64,000 nucleotides of DNA from Hyphomicrobiaceae bacterium (lineage in GTDB: Bacteria > Pseudomonadota > Alphaproteobacteria > Rhizobiales > Hyphomicrobiaceae), in the NCBI GenBank assembly GCA_002919265.1, contig PKEY01000074.1, positions 2,943 through 66,942 of the forward strand, in the 5' to 3' direction. Below are positions 1 to 9,817 of this stretch, piece after piece. A model generated the notes under the pieces. The model saw nothing but the letters and a program-made list of their open reading frames with translations, made no database searches and had not been told where the DNA came from. Positions within the stretch are counted from its first letter, which is position 1; every line of letters begins with the position of its first letter. A program made the translations under genes and the position numbers.

Positions 1-658
1 CGAGAAGAAGGCGGCGAAAGCGCCGGCGGGCGGCAAGGCCGAAAAGGCGAGCAAGGCTGAGAAGCAGACGCAGGCTCAGCCTGCGGAGGCGCGCTCGTTC
101 ACGCGTCCCGAGGGCTACAAGCCGCGCCTGAAAGAGCACTATGAGAAGGTCGTGCGCGACCAGCTCAGGGAGAAGTTCAACTACGAGAACGTGATGCAGG
201 TCCCTCGCATCGAGAAGATCGTGCTCAACATGGGCATCGGCGAGGCGGTGGCTGACCGTAAGAAGGTTGAGAGCGCGGCGAACGACCTTGCTTTGATTGC
301 TGGTCAGAAGCCGATCATCACGCGGGCTCGGAAGTCCATCGCCACCTTCAAGGTGCGCCAGGGCATGCCGATCGGCGCGAAGGTGACGCTGCGTGGCGAC
401 CGGATGTACGAGTTTTTGGACCGTCTGGTTACGATCGCGCTTCCGCGCGTGAAGGACTTCCGCGGTCTCAACCCGAAGAGCTTCGACGGACGCGGCAACT
501 ACGCGCTCGGTTTGAAGGAGCACATCGTGTTCCCCGAGATCGACTATGACAAGGTCGATCAGGTGTGGGGCATGGACGTGATCGTTTGCACGACTGCTAA
601 GACTGACGACGAAGCGCGCGAATTGCTGCGCGGCTTCAATTTCCCGTTCCGTAGCTGA
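1..658 (+). CDS. rplE: 50S ribosomal protein L5. It is 5'-incomplete in the window, because the frame stays open back to nt 2 through a Lys/Ala/Glu-rich tract.
   Basis: Conserved L5 core is present ([44 protein letters not shown] ... FPEIDYDKV). It is first in the L5-S14-S8-L6-L18-S5-L30-L15-SecY order. The ORF-track start at 152 is an internal GTG. Confidence 0.9.
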   Translation, partial: EKKAAKAPAGGKAEKASKAEKQTQAQPAEARSFTRPEGYKPRLKEHYEKVVRDQLREKFNYENVMQVPRIEKIVLNMGIGEAVADRKKVESAANDLALIAGQKPIITRARKSIATFKVRQGMPIGAKVTLRGDRMYEFLDRLVTIALPRVKDFRGLNPKSFDGRGNYALGLKEHIVFPEIDYDKVDQVWGMDVIVCTTAKTDDEARELLRGFNFPFRS

Positions 659-699
659 GGGACCTCGGCGAAACAGCCGAAAGGCTCTTAGGAGAAACC

Positions 700-1005
700 A
701 TGGCGAAGAAAAGCGCAGTTGAGAAGAATGACCGCAGGCGCAAGCTGGCCGACCAGTACGCAGAGCGCCGCGCGAAGCTGAAGGCGATCATCAAGGACAA
801 GTCGCGGCCGCTTGCGGAGCGCATGCAAGCCAGCATGAAGCTGGCCGAGCTGCCGCGGAATTCTTCCAAGACGCGGATCCGCAATAGGTGCGAGATCACG
901 GGCCGTCCGCGCGGCTACTACCGGAAGCTCCGGATGTCGCGTAACAAGCTTCGCGAGCTGGCGTCGCAGGGTCTCATCCCTGGCATGATCAAGGCGAGCT
1001 GGTAG
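700..1005 (+). CDS. rpsN: 30S ribosomal protein S14
   Basis: 101-aa basic protein ending [33 protein letters not shown]. It sits between L5 and S8. Confidence 0.95.
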   Translation: MAKKSAVEKNDRRRKLADQYAERRAKLKAIIKDKSRPLAERMQASMKLAELPRNSSKTRIRNRCEITGRPRGYYRKLRMSRNKLRELASQGLIPGMIKASW

Positions 1006-1016
1006 GGAGCTGGAAG

Positions 1017-1412
1017 ATGGTCAACGATCCTCTCGGCGATATGCTGACCCGGATCCGCAATGCGCAGATGCGCAAGCTTCCGAAGGTCGTCGTTCCGGCT
1101 TCGAAGCTGCGTGCACGGGTCCTCGAGGTGCTGCTTGAGGAAGGCTATATTCGCGGCTACACGCGGATCGAGCACAAGAACAACAAGGCGGACCTCGAAA
1201 TCGAGCTGAAGTATTCGAACGGCCAGCCGGCCATCAAGCAGATCAGCCGTGTTTCGAAGCCCGGTCGCCGCGTGTATTCGTCCGTCAAGGATCTCAAACC
1301 CGTGGCGAACGGTCTTGGCGTCGCGGTCCTCTCTACGCCGAAGGGCGTCATGTCCGATTGGCGTGCGCGTGAGGAGAACGTCGGCGGCGAGATTCTCTGC
1401 AACGTATTCTAA
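1017..1412 (+). CDS. rpsH: 30S ribosomal protein S8
   Basis: N-terminus [17 protein letters not shown] is the S8 signature. Position fits the spc operon. Confidence 0.95.
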   Translation: MVNDPLGDMLTRIRNAQMRKLPKVVVPASKLRARVLEVLLEEGYIRGYTRIEHKNNKADLEIELKYSNGQPAIKQISRVSKPGRRVYSSVKDLKPVANGLGVAVLSTPKGVMSDWRAREENVGGEILCNVF

Positions 1413-1430
1413 GCGGCGGGAGCTGAAGAC

Positions 1431-1973
1431 ATGTCACGCATCGGCAAAAAGCCGGTCCCGGTGCCGCCGAACGTCACTGCGACGGTGACCGGACAAACGG
1501 TGAAGTTTACGGGGCCGAAAGGCGAGCTGCAGTTCACGCTGCCCGATAAGGTTCGAGTCGAGCAGGGCGACGGCCAACTCACCGTCAAGCCGGTCGACGA
1601 CAGCAAGCAAGCGCGTGCCATGTGGGGCATGTCACGCACGACGCTGGCCAACCTGATCAAGGGCGTTACGGAGGGCTACTCGCATACGCTCGAGATTCAG
1701 GGCGTCGGTTACCGCGCACAGCTCAAGGGCAAGGACGAACTACAACTCACGGTCGGCTTCAGCCACGATATCATTCACAAGATCCCGCCTGGGGTCGAAG
1801 TGAAAGTCGGTGGCGCAAGGCAGGAGTTCATTACCGTCTCCGGTATCGACAAGCAGCTGGTCGGGCAGGTGGCGGCGCAGATCCGGGCTTACAAGCCACC
1901 GGAGCCGTACCAGGGCAAGGGTATCCGCTATCAGGGCGAATACGTCTTCCGTAAGGAAGGCAAGAAGAAGTAA
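1431..1973 (+). CDS. rplF: 50S ribosomal protein L6
   Basis: N-terminus MSRIGKKPVPVP, 180 aa, operon position. Confidence 0.95.
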   Translation: MSRIGKKPVPVPPNVTATVTGQTVKFTGPKGELQFTLPDKVRVEQGDGQLTVKPVDDSKQARAMWGMSRTTLANLIKGVTEGYSHTLEIQGVGYRAQLKGKDELQLTVGFSHDIIHKIPPGVEVKVGGARQEFITVSGIDKQLVGQVAAQIRAYKPPEPYQGKGIRYQGEYVFRKEGKKK

Positions 1974-1985
1974 GGACGACGGAAC

Positions 1986-2345
1986 ATGGGCGGTCTTTCA
2001 CAATTCGAACGGCGCAAGCGGCGCGTGCGCAGCACACTGCGCCAGCGCGCGAACGGCCGGCCGCGACTGTCGGTCTTCCGTTCGTCGAAGCACATCTACG
2101 CGCAGATTATCGACGACTCCAAGGGCGAGACGCTGGCTGCGGCCTCGACCCTTGAGAAGGAACTTAGGACGAAGCTCCGCACGGGCGCTGACAAAGCGGC
2201 AGCCGCTGAGGTCGGTCGGCTGGTCGCCGAGCGTGCCATCAAGGCAGGCATCGAAGCCGTGGTCTTCGATCGTGGCGCGTACAAGTACCATGGCCGCATC
2301 AAGGCGCTCGCGGACGCCGCACGTGAGGGCGGACTGAAATTCTGA
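1986..2345 (+). CDS. rplR: 50S ribosomal protein L18
   Basis: [18 protein letters not shown] motif, 119 aa, operon position. Confidence 0.95.
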   Translation: MGGLSQFERRKRRVRSTLRQRANGRPRLSVFRSSKHIYAQIIDDSKGETLAAASTLEKELRTKLRTGADKAAAAEVGRLVAERAIKAGIEAVVFDRGAYKYHGRIKALADAAREGGLKF

Positions 2346-2362
2346 CGAAAGGATAAGGACCC

Positions 2363-2941
2363 GTGGCACGAATTCCGGGACGAGAGCGTGGCCGCGATCG
2401 CGAGGAGCGCGAGAGCGAGTTCTCAGACAAGCTGGTGCACATCAACCGCGTCGCCAAGGTGGTGAAGGGCGGTAAGCGCTTCGGTTTCGCAGCGCTGGTC
2501 GTTGTTGGCGACCAGAAGGGCCGGGTCGGCTTCGGCCATGGCAAGGCGCGCGAGGTGCCGGAGGCGATCCGCAAGGCGAACGAAGCGGCCCGGCGTAACT
2601 TGATGCGCGTGCCGTTGCGCGAGGGCCGGACGCTGCATCACGACAGCGTTGGACACCACGGTTCGGGTCGGGTTGTGCTGCGCTCCGCGCCTCCCGGTAC
2701 CGGCATCATCGCCGGCGGTGCCATGCGTGCGGTTTTCGAGATGCTCGGCGTGCAGGACGTCGTCGCCAAGTCGCTGGGCTCGACGAACCCCTACAACGTG
2801 GTCCGTGCAACTTTCGATGCTCTGCGGGTGCAAGAGAATCCGCGCGCGATCGCGGCGCGTCGCAGCAAGAAGTACGGCGAGATCGTTGCGCGTCGTCGCG
2901 ATGCGAGCTCCGAGGTAGAGGCCCCCGCGAGCGAAGGCTGA
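2363..2941 (+). CDS. rpsE: 30S ribosomal protein S5
   Basis: [31 protein letters not shown] motif. GTG start, Arg/Glu-rich N-terminal tail. Confidence 0.95.
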   Translation: MARIPGRERGRDREERESEFSDKLVHINRVAKVVKGGKRFGFAALVVVGDQKGRVGFGHGKAREVPEAIRKANEAARRNLMRVPLREGRTLHHDSVGHHGSGRVVLRSAPPGTGIIAGGAMRAVFEMLGVQDVVAKSLGSTNPYNVVRATFDALRVQENPRAIAARRSKKYGEIVARRRDASSEVEAPASEG

Positions 2942-2988
2942 GGATCGAGATTGGTCGCGGCAGCTGCCGCTCCTGTGGATGACGTAAA

Positions 2989-3189
2989 ATGGCAGAAAAA
3001 TCCGGCAAGACGATCACGATCGAACAGATCGGAAGTCCGAGCCGCCGTCCGGAGCGGCAGATGCAGACGCTCATCGGCCTCGGACTGAACAAGCGCCACC
3101 GCCGTCGTACGCTCGAGGACACTCCGGCTGTGCGCGGCATGATCAACAAAGTCCGGCACCTCGTCCGCATCGTCGACGAGCAAGCCTGA
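2989..3189 (+). CDS. rpmD: 50S ribosomal protein L30
   Basis: 66 aa with [27 protein letters not shown]. Position between S5 and L15. Confidence 0.9.
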   Translation: MAEKSGKTITIEQIGSPSRRPERQMQTLIGLGLNKRHRRRTLEDTPAVRGMINKVRHLVRIVDEQA

Positions 3190-3208
3190 GAGGCTGGGAG
3201 CTAGAACT

Positions 3209-3754
3209 ATGCGACTGAACGAACTCCGGGATAACGCCGGGGCCAGAAAAGTCCGTGTCCGCGTAGGCAGAGGTATCGGCTCCGGCGTCGGCAAGACGGC
3301 CGGCCGAGGCGTCAAGGGTCAGAAAGCCCGCGCGGGTGTGCGGCTTGGTGGCTTCGAAGGCGGCCAGATGCCGCTTTACCGCCGCCTGCCGAAGCGCGGC
3401 TTCAACAAGCCAAACCCGAAGGAGTGGAACGAGCTGACGCTGGCTCGGCTTCAGCAAGCAATCGATTCCGGCAAGCTCGATGCGAGCAAGCCGCTTGACG
3501 TCAACGTGCTGGTGGAAGCTGGCGTGCTACGTCGCGCAAAGGATGGTGTCCGGTTGCTTGGCACGGGCGAGCTCAAGGCGAAGGTCAACATCACTGTCAA
3601 TCACGCAACGCCTTCTGCGCGGGCGGCAGTCGAGAAGGCTGGCGGCTCGGTGACCGTGATCGAGCCCAAGGTGCTGCCGGCCGACGAGGAAAAGCGCAAG
3701 AAGACGGCCGCCAAGAAGGCCGCCGCCGGCAAGGACAAGAAGGGCGGCGAATAG
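3209..3754 (+). CDS. rplO: 50S ribosomal protein L15
   Basis: [14 protein letters not shown] ... [20 protein letters not shown]. Lys-rich C-terminal tail. Confidence 0.95.
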   Translation: MRLNELRDNAGARKVRVRVGRGIGSGVGKTAGRGVKGQKARAGVRLGGFEGGQMPLYRRLPKRGFNKPNPKEWNELTLARLQQAIDSGKLDASKPLDVNVLVEAGVLRRAKDGVRLLGTGELKAKVNITVNHATPSARAAVEKAGGSVTVIEPKVLPADEEKRKKTAAKKAAAGKDKKGGE

Positions 3755-3927
3755 ACCCGGTGGTAGCGAGGTCTAACACCTTTCAGGCGAGGCCACTTGC
3801 GCGCTATCTTGGTGTCGACGTGAGCCCCTGTCGGGGTGACGACCCAAGGAGCGCCGGTGGCCCCTTGAATGAAGGCGAAGGCCAAGCGCCATAAAGGCTG
3901 CGTCGAACTTCGGGAGATCTGACGAAC

Positions 3928-5286
3928 ATGGCATCCGCCGCCGAGCAACTGGCAGCTAACTTGAATTTCGGTGCCTTCGCCAAGGCCGAGGAGCTGAAGA
4001 AGCGCATCTGGTTCACGCTCGCTGCCCTGGTCGTCTATCGGCTCGGCACATTCATTCCGATTCCGGGCGTCGACCCACAGGCCTTTGCGCAAGCCTTCCA
4101 GTCGAGCCAGTCCGGCATCCTCGGCATGTTCAACATGTTCGCAGGCGGTGCCGTCGAGCGCATGGCGATCTTTGCGCTCAACATCATGCCGTACATCTCC
4201 GCCTCGATCATCATGCAGCTCATGTCGTCGATTAACCCGACGCTTGAGCAGCTGAAGAAGGAGGGCGAACAGGGCCGCAAGCAGATCAATCAGTACACGC
4301 GCTACCTGACGGTGCTGCTGGCCGCGTTCCAAGCCTACGGCATTGCGATTGGTCTTGAAGGAACTCGGGCTGCGAGCGGGCCTGTCGTCATCGATCCCGG
4401 CTGGTTCTTCCGCCTGACAACCGTCGTCACCCTGGTTGGCGGCACGATGTTCCTGATGTGGCTCGGCGAGCAGATCACCGCTCGCGGCGTCGGCAACGGC
4501 ATCTCGCTCATCATCTTCGCCGGTATTGTGGCGGGTTTGCCGAGTGCATTGGCGGCGTTGTTCGAGCTGGCGCGAACCGGCTCGCTCTCGACGATCATGC
4601 TGCTGCTCCTGCTCGCGCTGATGCTGGCCGTGGTGGCTGTGATCGTCTTCATGGAGCGGGCGCAGCGGCGCATCCCGATCCAGTATCCGAAGCGTCAGGT
4701 CGGCAACCGCATCTTCCAGGGTGACAGCTCGCACCTGCCGCTCAAGCTCAACTCGGCCGGCGTCATTCCGCCGATTTTCGCCTCGTCGCTGCTGCTGCTG
4801 CCCATTACAGCCGCGCAGTTCATGTCGGGCTCTGGGCCAGAGTGGCTGAACACGATCGTGGCTGCGCTTGGTCGCGGGCAGCCCCTGCACCTTGCGATCT
4901 ACGTCGCGCTGATCGTCTTCTTCACGTTCTTCTACACGGCGGTGGTCTTCAACCCGCAGGAGACGGCAGAGAACCTGCGGAAATACGGTGGCTTCATCCT
5001 TGGGTACCGGCCTGGGCAGAAGACGGCCGAGTACATCGACTACGTGTTGACCCGCATTACCGTGGTCGGCGCCATCTACCTCGCTGCAGTCTGCGTGCTG
5101 CCAGAGTTCCTGATCTCCTATGCCGCCGTACCGTTCTACTTCGGCGGTACCTCGCTGCTGATCGTGGTGAGCGTGACCATGGACACGGTTGCGCAGGTGC
5201 AGAGCCATCTGCTGGCGCATCAGTACGAAGGCCTTATCAAGAAGGCGAAACTCCGGGGCGCGACGACGACGAGAGGGCGTAGATGA
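3928..5286 (+). CDS. secY: Preprotein translocase subunit SecY
   Basis: 452 aa, about 10 TM segments. Conserved stretches FTLAALVVYRLGTFIPIPGVD and MFLMWLGEQITARGVGNGISLIIFAGI. Confidence 0.97.
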   Translation: MASAAEQLAANLNFGAFAKAEELKKRIWFTLAALVVYRLGTFIPIPGVDPQAFAQAFQSSQSGILGMFNMFAGGAVERMAIFALNIMPYISASIIMQLMSSINPTLEQLKKEGEQGRKQINQYTRYLTVLLAAFQAYGIAIGLEGTRAASGPVVIDPGWFFRLTTVVTLVGGTMFLMWLGEQITARGVGNGISLIIFAGIVAGLPSALAALFELARTGSLSTIMLLLLLALMLAVVAVIVFMERAQRRIPIQYPKRQVGNRIFQGDSSHLPLKLNSAGVIPPIFASSLLLLPITAAQFMSGSGPEWLNTIVAALGRGQPLHLAIYVALIVFFTFFYTAVVFNPQETAENLRKYGGFILGYRPGQKTAEYIDYVLTRITVVGAIYLAAVCVLPEFLISYAAVPFYFGGTSLLIVVSVTMDTVAQVQSHLLAHQYEGLIKKAKLRGATTTRGRR

Positions 5287-5939
5287 ACTTGATACTGCTT
5301 GGGCCGCCGGGTGCAGGCAAAGGTACGCAGGCGGCGGCGATTGCTGCGTCGCGCGGACTGGTTCAGCTCTCGACCGGGGACATGCTGCGGGCGGCTGTGA
5401 AGGCCGGAACCGAGGTCGGAAAGCAGGCCAAGGCGATTATGGAACGCGGCGATCTCGTGCCGGACGAGATCGTCATCCGGATCATCGATGAGCGCATTGG
5501 TCAGCCGGATTGCGAGAACGGCTTCATACTCGACGGGTTTCCGCGCACGCTGCCCCAGGCCGCCGCTCTGGACAAACTGCTGGCGGACAGGAACAAGCAG
5601 CTCGACCTCGTTATCGAATTCAAGGTGGACGATGCCGCTCTCGTGGAGCGCATCTCCGGACGTTTCGCCTGCGCCAAGTGTGGCGCCGGCTATCACGATA
5701 AGTTCAAGCAGCCGAAGACTCCCGGTGTCTGCGACGCCTGCGGCTCGACGGAATTTTCCCGTCGCGCCGACGACAACGCCGAGACCGTGAAGAACCGGCT
5801 GATGGCGTACTACAAGGAGACCGCGCCGCTGATCGGCTACTACTTCGCCAAAGGCAAGCTGAAGTCGATCGACGGAATGGCTCCCATCGACCAGGTGACG
5901 CACGCAATCGAGCGCCTTCTGGCCGAAGTGGCGGCTTGA
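5283..5939 (+). CDS. adk: Adenylate kinase (Cys4 zinc-lid type)
   Basis: P-loop LLGPPGAGKGTQA. Lid CAKCGAGYH...CDACGS. ATGA start/stop overlap with secY. Confidence 0.97.
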   Translation: MNLILLGPPGAGKGTQAAAIAASRGLVQLSTGDMLRAAVKAGTEVGKQAKAIMERGDLVPDEIVIRIIDERIGQPDCENGFILDGFPRTLPQAAALDKLLADRNKQLDLVIEFKVDDAALVERISGRFACAKCGAGYHDKFKQPKTPGVCDACGSTEFSRRADDNAETVKNRLMAYYKETAPLIGYYFAKGKLKSIDGMAPIDQVTHAIERLLAEVAA

Positions 5940-5954
5940 CGCGGGGGGTGTGGA

Positions 5955-5983
5955 TTGACGCGGCTTACCCGAGAGGGTAAAAC
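5955..5983 (+). promoter_or_regulatory. Candidate sigma-70-type promoter for the rpsM-rpsK-rpoA-rplQ operon
   Basis: TTGACG (5955..5960), a 17-nt spacer, then TAAAAC (5978..5983). It lies about 155 nt upstream of the rpsM start, leaving a structured-looking leader. Confidence 0.35.
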
Positions 5984-6136
5984 GACCGCGATTTCATGCC
6001 GCACCTTGGCGAGATCGGAGCTGGTGTTTCGGGCACCAGGGGCCGGTCTTTGCCGTGTTGGGTTGCCGACCATAATGTCGCCCACCTAGGCGGTTGGGTG
6101 ACACAGCAGAGACCGCAAGCTCGCTAGGAGAGACAC

Positions 6137-6508
6137 GTGGCCCGTATCGCTGGCGTAAATATTCCGACGCAAAAGCGCGTTGTCATCGCGCTCCAGTACA
6201 TTCATGGCATTGGTCCGAAATTCGCGAAGGAAATCTGCGAGAAGGTTGGTATTCCGCCGGAGCGGCGGGTGAATGAGCTCACCGACGCGGAGATCCTGCA
6301 GATCCGCGAGACCATCGACCGTGACTATGTCGTCGAGGGCGACCTGCGCCGCGAAGTGGCGATGAACATCAAGCGCCTCATGGACCTCGGCTGCTATCGC
6401 GGTCTCCGCCATCGCCGCGGTCTGCCGGTTCGCGGCCAGCGCACGCATACGAACGCGCGGACCCGCAAGGGCCCGGCAAAGCCGATCGCCGGCAAGAAGA
6501 AGGCCTGA
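6137..6508 (+). CDS. rpsM: 30S ribosomal protein S13
   Basis: [29 protein letters not shown] start. Confidence 0.95.
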   Translation: MARIAGVNIPTQKRVVIALQYIHGIGPKFAKEICEKVGIPPERRVNELTDAEILQIRETIDRDYVVEGDLRREVAMNIKRLMDLGCYRGLRHRRGLPVRGQRTHTNARTRKGPAKPIAGKKKA

Positions 6509-6579
6509 TGTGGCGCAACCGCGTGAGGTTGTGACAATCCGCTGAAATTGAAACTCGTATTTCAGGAACTATCTCCTCC

Positions 6580-6975
6580 ATGGCCAAAGACCAACAGCGC
6601 ACCAAAGTGCGCCGCAAAGAGCGCAAGAACATCAGCTCCGGCGTGGCGCACGTGAACGCGACCTTCAACAACACGATGATCACGATCACGGACGCGCAGG
6701 GCAACACGATTGCTTGGTCGTCTGCCGGCGCGGTGGGGTTCAAAGGCTCGCGTAAGTCCACTCCTTATGCGGCTCAGGTCGCGGCCGAGGATGCGGGGCG
6801 GAAGGCGATCGAGCACGGTATGAAGATCCTCGAGGTCGAGGTTTCGGGGCCGGGCGCCGGGCGCGAGTCGGCGTTGCGTGCGCTGCAAGCCATCGGTTTT
6901 CAGGTCACGGCCATTCGTGACGTTACGCCGATCCCGCATAACGGGTGCCGGCCGCGTAAGCGCCGCCGCGTCTGA
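6580..6975 (+). CDS. rpsK: 30S ribosomal protein S11
   Basis: [22 protein letters not shown] ... [14 protein letters not shown]. Confidence 0.95.
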   Translation: MAKDQQRTKVRRKERKNISSGVAHVNATFNNTMITITDAQGNTIAWSSAGAVGFKGSRKSTPYAAQVAAEDAGRKAIEHGMKILEVEVSGPGAGRESALRALQAIGFQVTAIRDVTPIPHNGCRPRKRRRV

Positions 6976-7085
6976 GGCTCTTTAGGTCGGAAGGCGCGGG
7001 CTCAGCTGATGCTCTCGCGTTTTCCACGTAAAATCCTGGCGGCGCTTGGCGTGGGCGCCGCGACTTGCTGATAGAGAGGCCTCCA

Positions 7086-8111
7086 GTGGCAAACATTCTG
7101 CAGAAGAACTGGCAAGACCTGATCAAGCCGACCAAGCTGAATGTTCAGCCTGGCCGCGACAAGGCTCGTTTTGCGACGATCATCGCCGAGCCGCTTGAGC
7201 GCGGTTTCGGCTTGACGCTCGGCAACGCCCTGCGCCGTGTGCTGCTTTCGTCCCTCCAGGGCGCTGCGGTCCGCACGGTGCAGATCGACGGCGTTCTGCA
7301 CGAGTTCTCCTCGATCCCGGGTGTCCGCGAGGACGTGACGGACATCATTCTCAACATCAAGGAGATCGCGCTCAAGATCCACTCCGAGGGCATCAAGCGC
7401 ATGGTGCTCAAGAAGGAGGGGCCCGGCCCCGCCAGGGCTGGCGACATTGAGACGAGCTCCGATGTCGAGATCCTCAACCCGGATCTGATCCTGTGCCATC
7501 TCGACGACGGCGCGTCTGTCCGCATGGAGTTTACGGCGGACATCGGCAAGGGCTACGTGCCGGCGGAGCGCAACCGGCCTGAAGATGCGCCGATCGGCCT
7601 CATCCCGGTCGATAGCCTCTACAGCCCGGTGAAGCGCGTCTCCTACAAGGTCGAGAACACCCGTGAGGGGCAGATCCTCGACTACGATAAACTGACGATG
7701 ACCGTCGAGACGGACGGCTCGGTTACGCCGGAAGATGCGGTGGCGTTGGCTGCCCGCATTCTTCAGGACCAGCTTGCAGTGTTCATCAACTTCGAGGAGC
7801 CGAAGAAGCAGGTCGAGGAGCAGCGGCATCCGGAGCTGGCCTTCAACCCGGCGCTGCTCAAGAAGGTCGACGAGCTCGAGCTTTCGGTCCGTTCGGCGAA
7901 CTGCCTCAAGAACGACAATATCGTCTACATTGGCGACCTCATTCAGAAGACGGAGGCGGAGATGCTCCGCACGCCGAACTTCGGCCGGAAGTCGCTCAAC
8001 GAGATCAAGGAGGTGCTGGCCTCTATGGGTCTGCACCTCGGCATGGAGGTCCCGAACTGGCCGCCGGACAACATCGAAGAGCTGGCGAAGCGGTACGAGG
8101 ACCAGTACTGA
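7086..8111 (+). CDS. rpoA: DNA-directed RNA polymerase subunit alpha
   Basis: (V)[19 protein letters not shown] matches the usual RpoA N-terminus. C-terminal domain motif [24 protein letters not shown] at 7086 is preceded by GAGAGG, and the track start at 7065 is probably 7 codons too long. Confidence 0.93.
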   Translation: MANILQKNWQDLIKPTKLNVQPGRDKARFATIIAEPLERGFGLTLGNALRRVLLSSLQGAAVRTVQIDGVLHEFSSIPGVREDVTDIILNIKEIALKIHSEGIKRMVLKKEGPGPARAGDIETSSDVEILNPDLILCHLDDGASVRMEFTADIGKGYVPAERNRPEDAPIGLIPVDSLYSPVKRVSYKVENTREGQILDYDKLTMTVETDGSVTPEDAVALAARILQDQLAVFINFEEPKKQVEEQRHPELAFNPALLKKVDELELSVRSANCLKNDNIVYIGDLIQKTEAEMLRTPNFGRKSLNEIKEVLASMGLHLGMEVPNWPPDNIEELAKRYEDQY

Positions 8112-8250
8112 GAGCGTGTGGTCGTGAACTCGCAAGGTCGTTAGGTCGTCGGAAGCACAGCCTAACGACCGCGCGTTTCATGAGCCCGCAATTTGACTGA
8201 GGCGAGGCCGTAGAACCTCCCCGTAACAACCGTAGAGAAGGAAGACGACG

Positions 8251-8682
8251 ATGCGACATCGCAAGATTGGGCGGAAGTTCAGCCGCGACAGTGGGCACCG
8301 CCAGGCTATGCTCTCCAATATGGCAGCCGCCCTCATTCGCCACGAGCAAATCATTACGACGCTGCCCAAGGCCAAGGACCTGCGGCGCATCGTGGACAAG
8401 TACATCACTCTCGCGAAGCGGGGAGATCTCAATTCGCGGCGTCTCGCAGCGGCTCGGCTGCGCGACGAGGAGATGGTCAAGAAGCTTTTTGACGTCCTAG
8501 GCCCGCGGTACAAGGATCGCAACGGCGGCTATACGCGGGTGCTGAAGGCCGGTTTCCGTTACGGCGACAGCGCTCCGCGCGCTGTCATTGAGCTGGTCGA
8601 TCGCGACCCGAGCGCCAAGGGCAAGGACGATCGGGCCCGTGTTGCGGCCGAGCAGGAACAGCAGACGGAAGCGGCGAGCTGA
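8251..8682 (+). CDS. rplQ: 50S ribosomal protein L17
   Basis: [21 protein letters not shown]... It is the last gene of the alpha operon. Confidence 0.95.
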   Translation: MRHRKIGRKFSRDSGHRQAMLSNMAAALIRHEQIITTLPKAKDLRRIVDKYITLAKRGDLNSRRLAAARLRDEEMVKKLFDVLGPRYKDRNGGYTRVLKAGFRYGDSAPRAVIELVDRDPSAKGKDDRARVAAEQEQQTEAAS

Positions 8683-8711
8683 TCGGCTCGCCCCAACTTC
8701 GGGGGTGAAGC

Positions 8712-9734
8712 ATGAGTGGGCTGGTTCTCGTTACTGGCGCCACAGGCTTCATCGCCAAGCACTGCATCGCGGAACTCATCCGACAAGGCTATCGCGTTCG
8801 TGGCACGGCGCGCCAACCCGGCGCGCATGCCGATATTGCTCGTGCCCTTGAGAGGGCAGGGATTGATGCCTCGTGGCTTGAGGTTCAGCGGGCCGATCTC
8901 CTTCACGATGATGGATGGGAGCAGGCTTTGGACGGGTGCTCCCACGTCCTGCACGTTGCCGCTCCGTTTCCCATCAAACCGCCGCGTGATCACGAGCGGC
9001 TTTTGCGACCTGCCGTCGACGGAACCTTGCGCGTCCTGAAAGCCGCGACGCGCGTCGGCGTGCAGCGGGTCGTCCTGACGTCTTCCGTCGTCGCCTGCAT
9101 TTATCCATCGGGAACGGAGCAATCCCGCACCTACACCGAAGCAGACTGGACGGACATCAACCGTCCGGATATCAGCCCTTACGTCGTGGCCAAGACACGG
9201 GCCGAGCAGGCGGCCTGGGAGTTCGTCCGCACGACGCCAAACGCGCCTGAGCTAGCGGTCATCAATCCCGGCTTTGTTTTGGGCCCGGCGTTCGACACCG
9301 ATCTTTCGACCTCCCTTGAGGTCGTGAAGCTGATTGCCCAGGGGAAGTACCCTGCCGCGCCGCGTGCCGGTTGCATTGTCGTGGACGTGCGAGACGTTGC
9401 GGCGGCCCATGTCGCTGCCATGACCAATCCGAACGCTTCCGGAGAACGCTTCCTCGCGACCAGCGGCACAATTTCCTTGCTTGACCTGGCGCGGATGATC
9501 GCACATGCCGTCCCGCACGTCGCCTCCCGCATCCCCCGCCGGGAGGTGCCTGACTTTCTGATCCGCGCCCTGGCGTACTTCGACCGCAGCCTGTTGGCCG
9601 TTCTTCCAGACCTCTCCGTCCACCGCGTCTGCGACAGCTCCAAGGCGCAGACGCGGCTCGGCATCTCGTTCCGTTCTCCTCGCGAAGCCGCCACCGCTGC
9701 GGCGAAGAGTTTGCATGATTTGGGTGTGGTTTAG
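8712..9734 (+). CDS. NAD(P)-dependent epimerase/dehydratase-family SDR (aldehyde/dihydroflavonol-reductase-like)
   Basis: N-terminal Rossmann motif VTGATGFIAKH. Extended-SDR length of 340 aa, with Y-x3-K candidate YVVAK. Confidence 0.8.
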   Translation: MSGLVLVTGATGFIAKHCIAELIRQGYRVRGTARQPGAHADIARALERAGIDASWLEVQRADLLHDDGWEQALDGCSHVLHVAAPFPIKPPRDHERLLRPAVDGTLRVLKAATRVGVQRVVLTSSVVACIYPSGTEQSRTYTEADWTDINRPDISPYVVAKTRAEQAAWEFVRTTPNAPELAVINPGFVLGPAFDTDLSTSLEVVKLIAQGKYPAAPRAGCIVVDVRDVAAAHVAAMTNPNASGERFLATSGTISLLDLARMIAHAVPHVASRIPRREVPDFLIRALAYFDRSLLAVLPDLSVHRVCDSSKAQTRLGISFRSPREAATAAAKSLHDLGVV

Positions 9735-9817
9735 TTTCACGCCTCCCCAAGATCAGTCACAGAACTGACATCTTTTCGGTAACTTGTCGGCCAGGACGAT
9801 TCATCTGGACCAGGCCG

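Noticed and set aside
3601-5220. 539-aa ORF on the minus strand
   Set aside because: It is entirely antisense to the strongly supported secY. The composition is Arg/Gln/His/Asp-rich with no motif, which is the typical shadow ORF of high-GC coding DNA.
7002-8135. 377-aa ORF on the minus strand
   Set aside because: It is antisense to rpoA across its whole length. The composition is Arg/Leu/Asp-rich with no recognisable domain.
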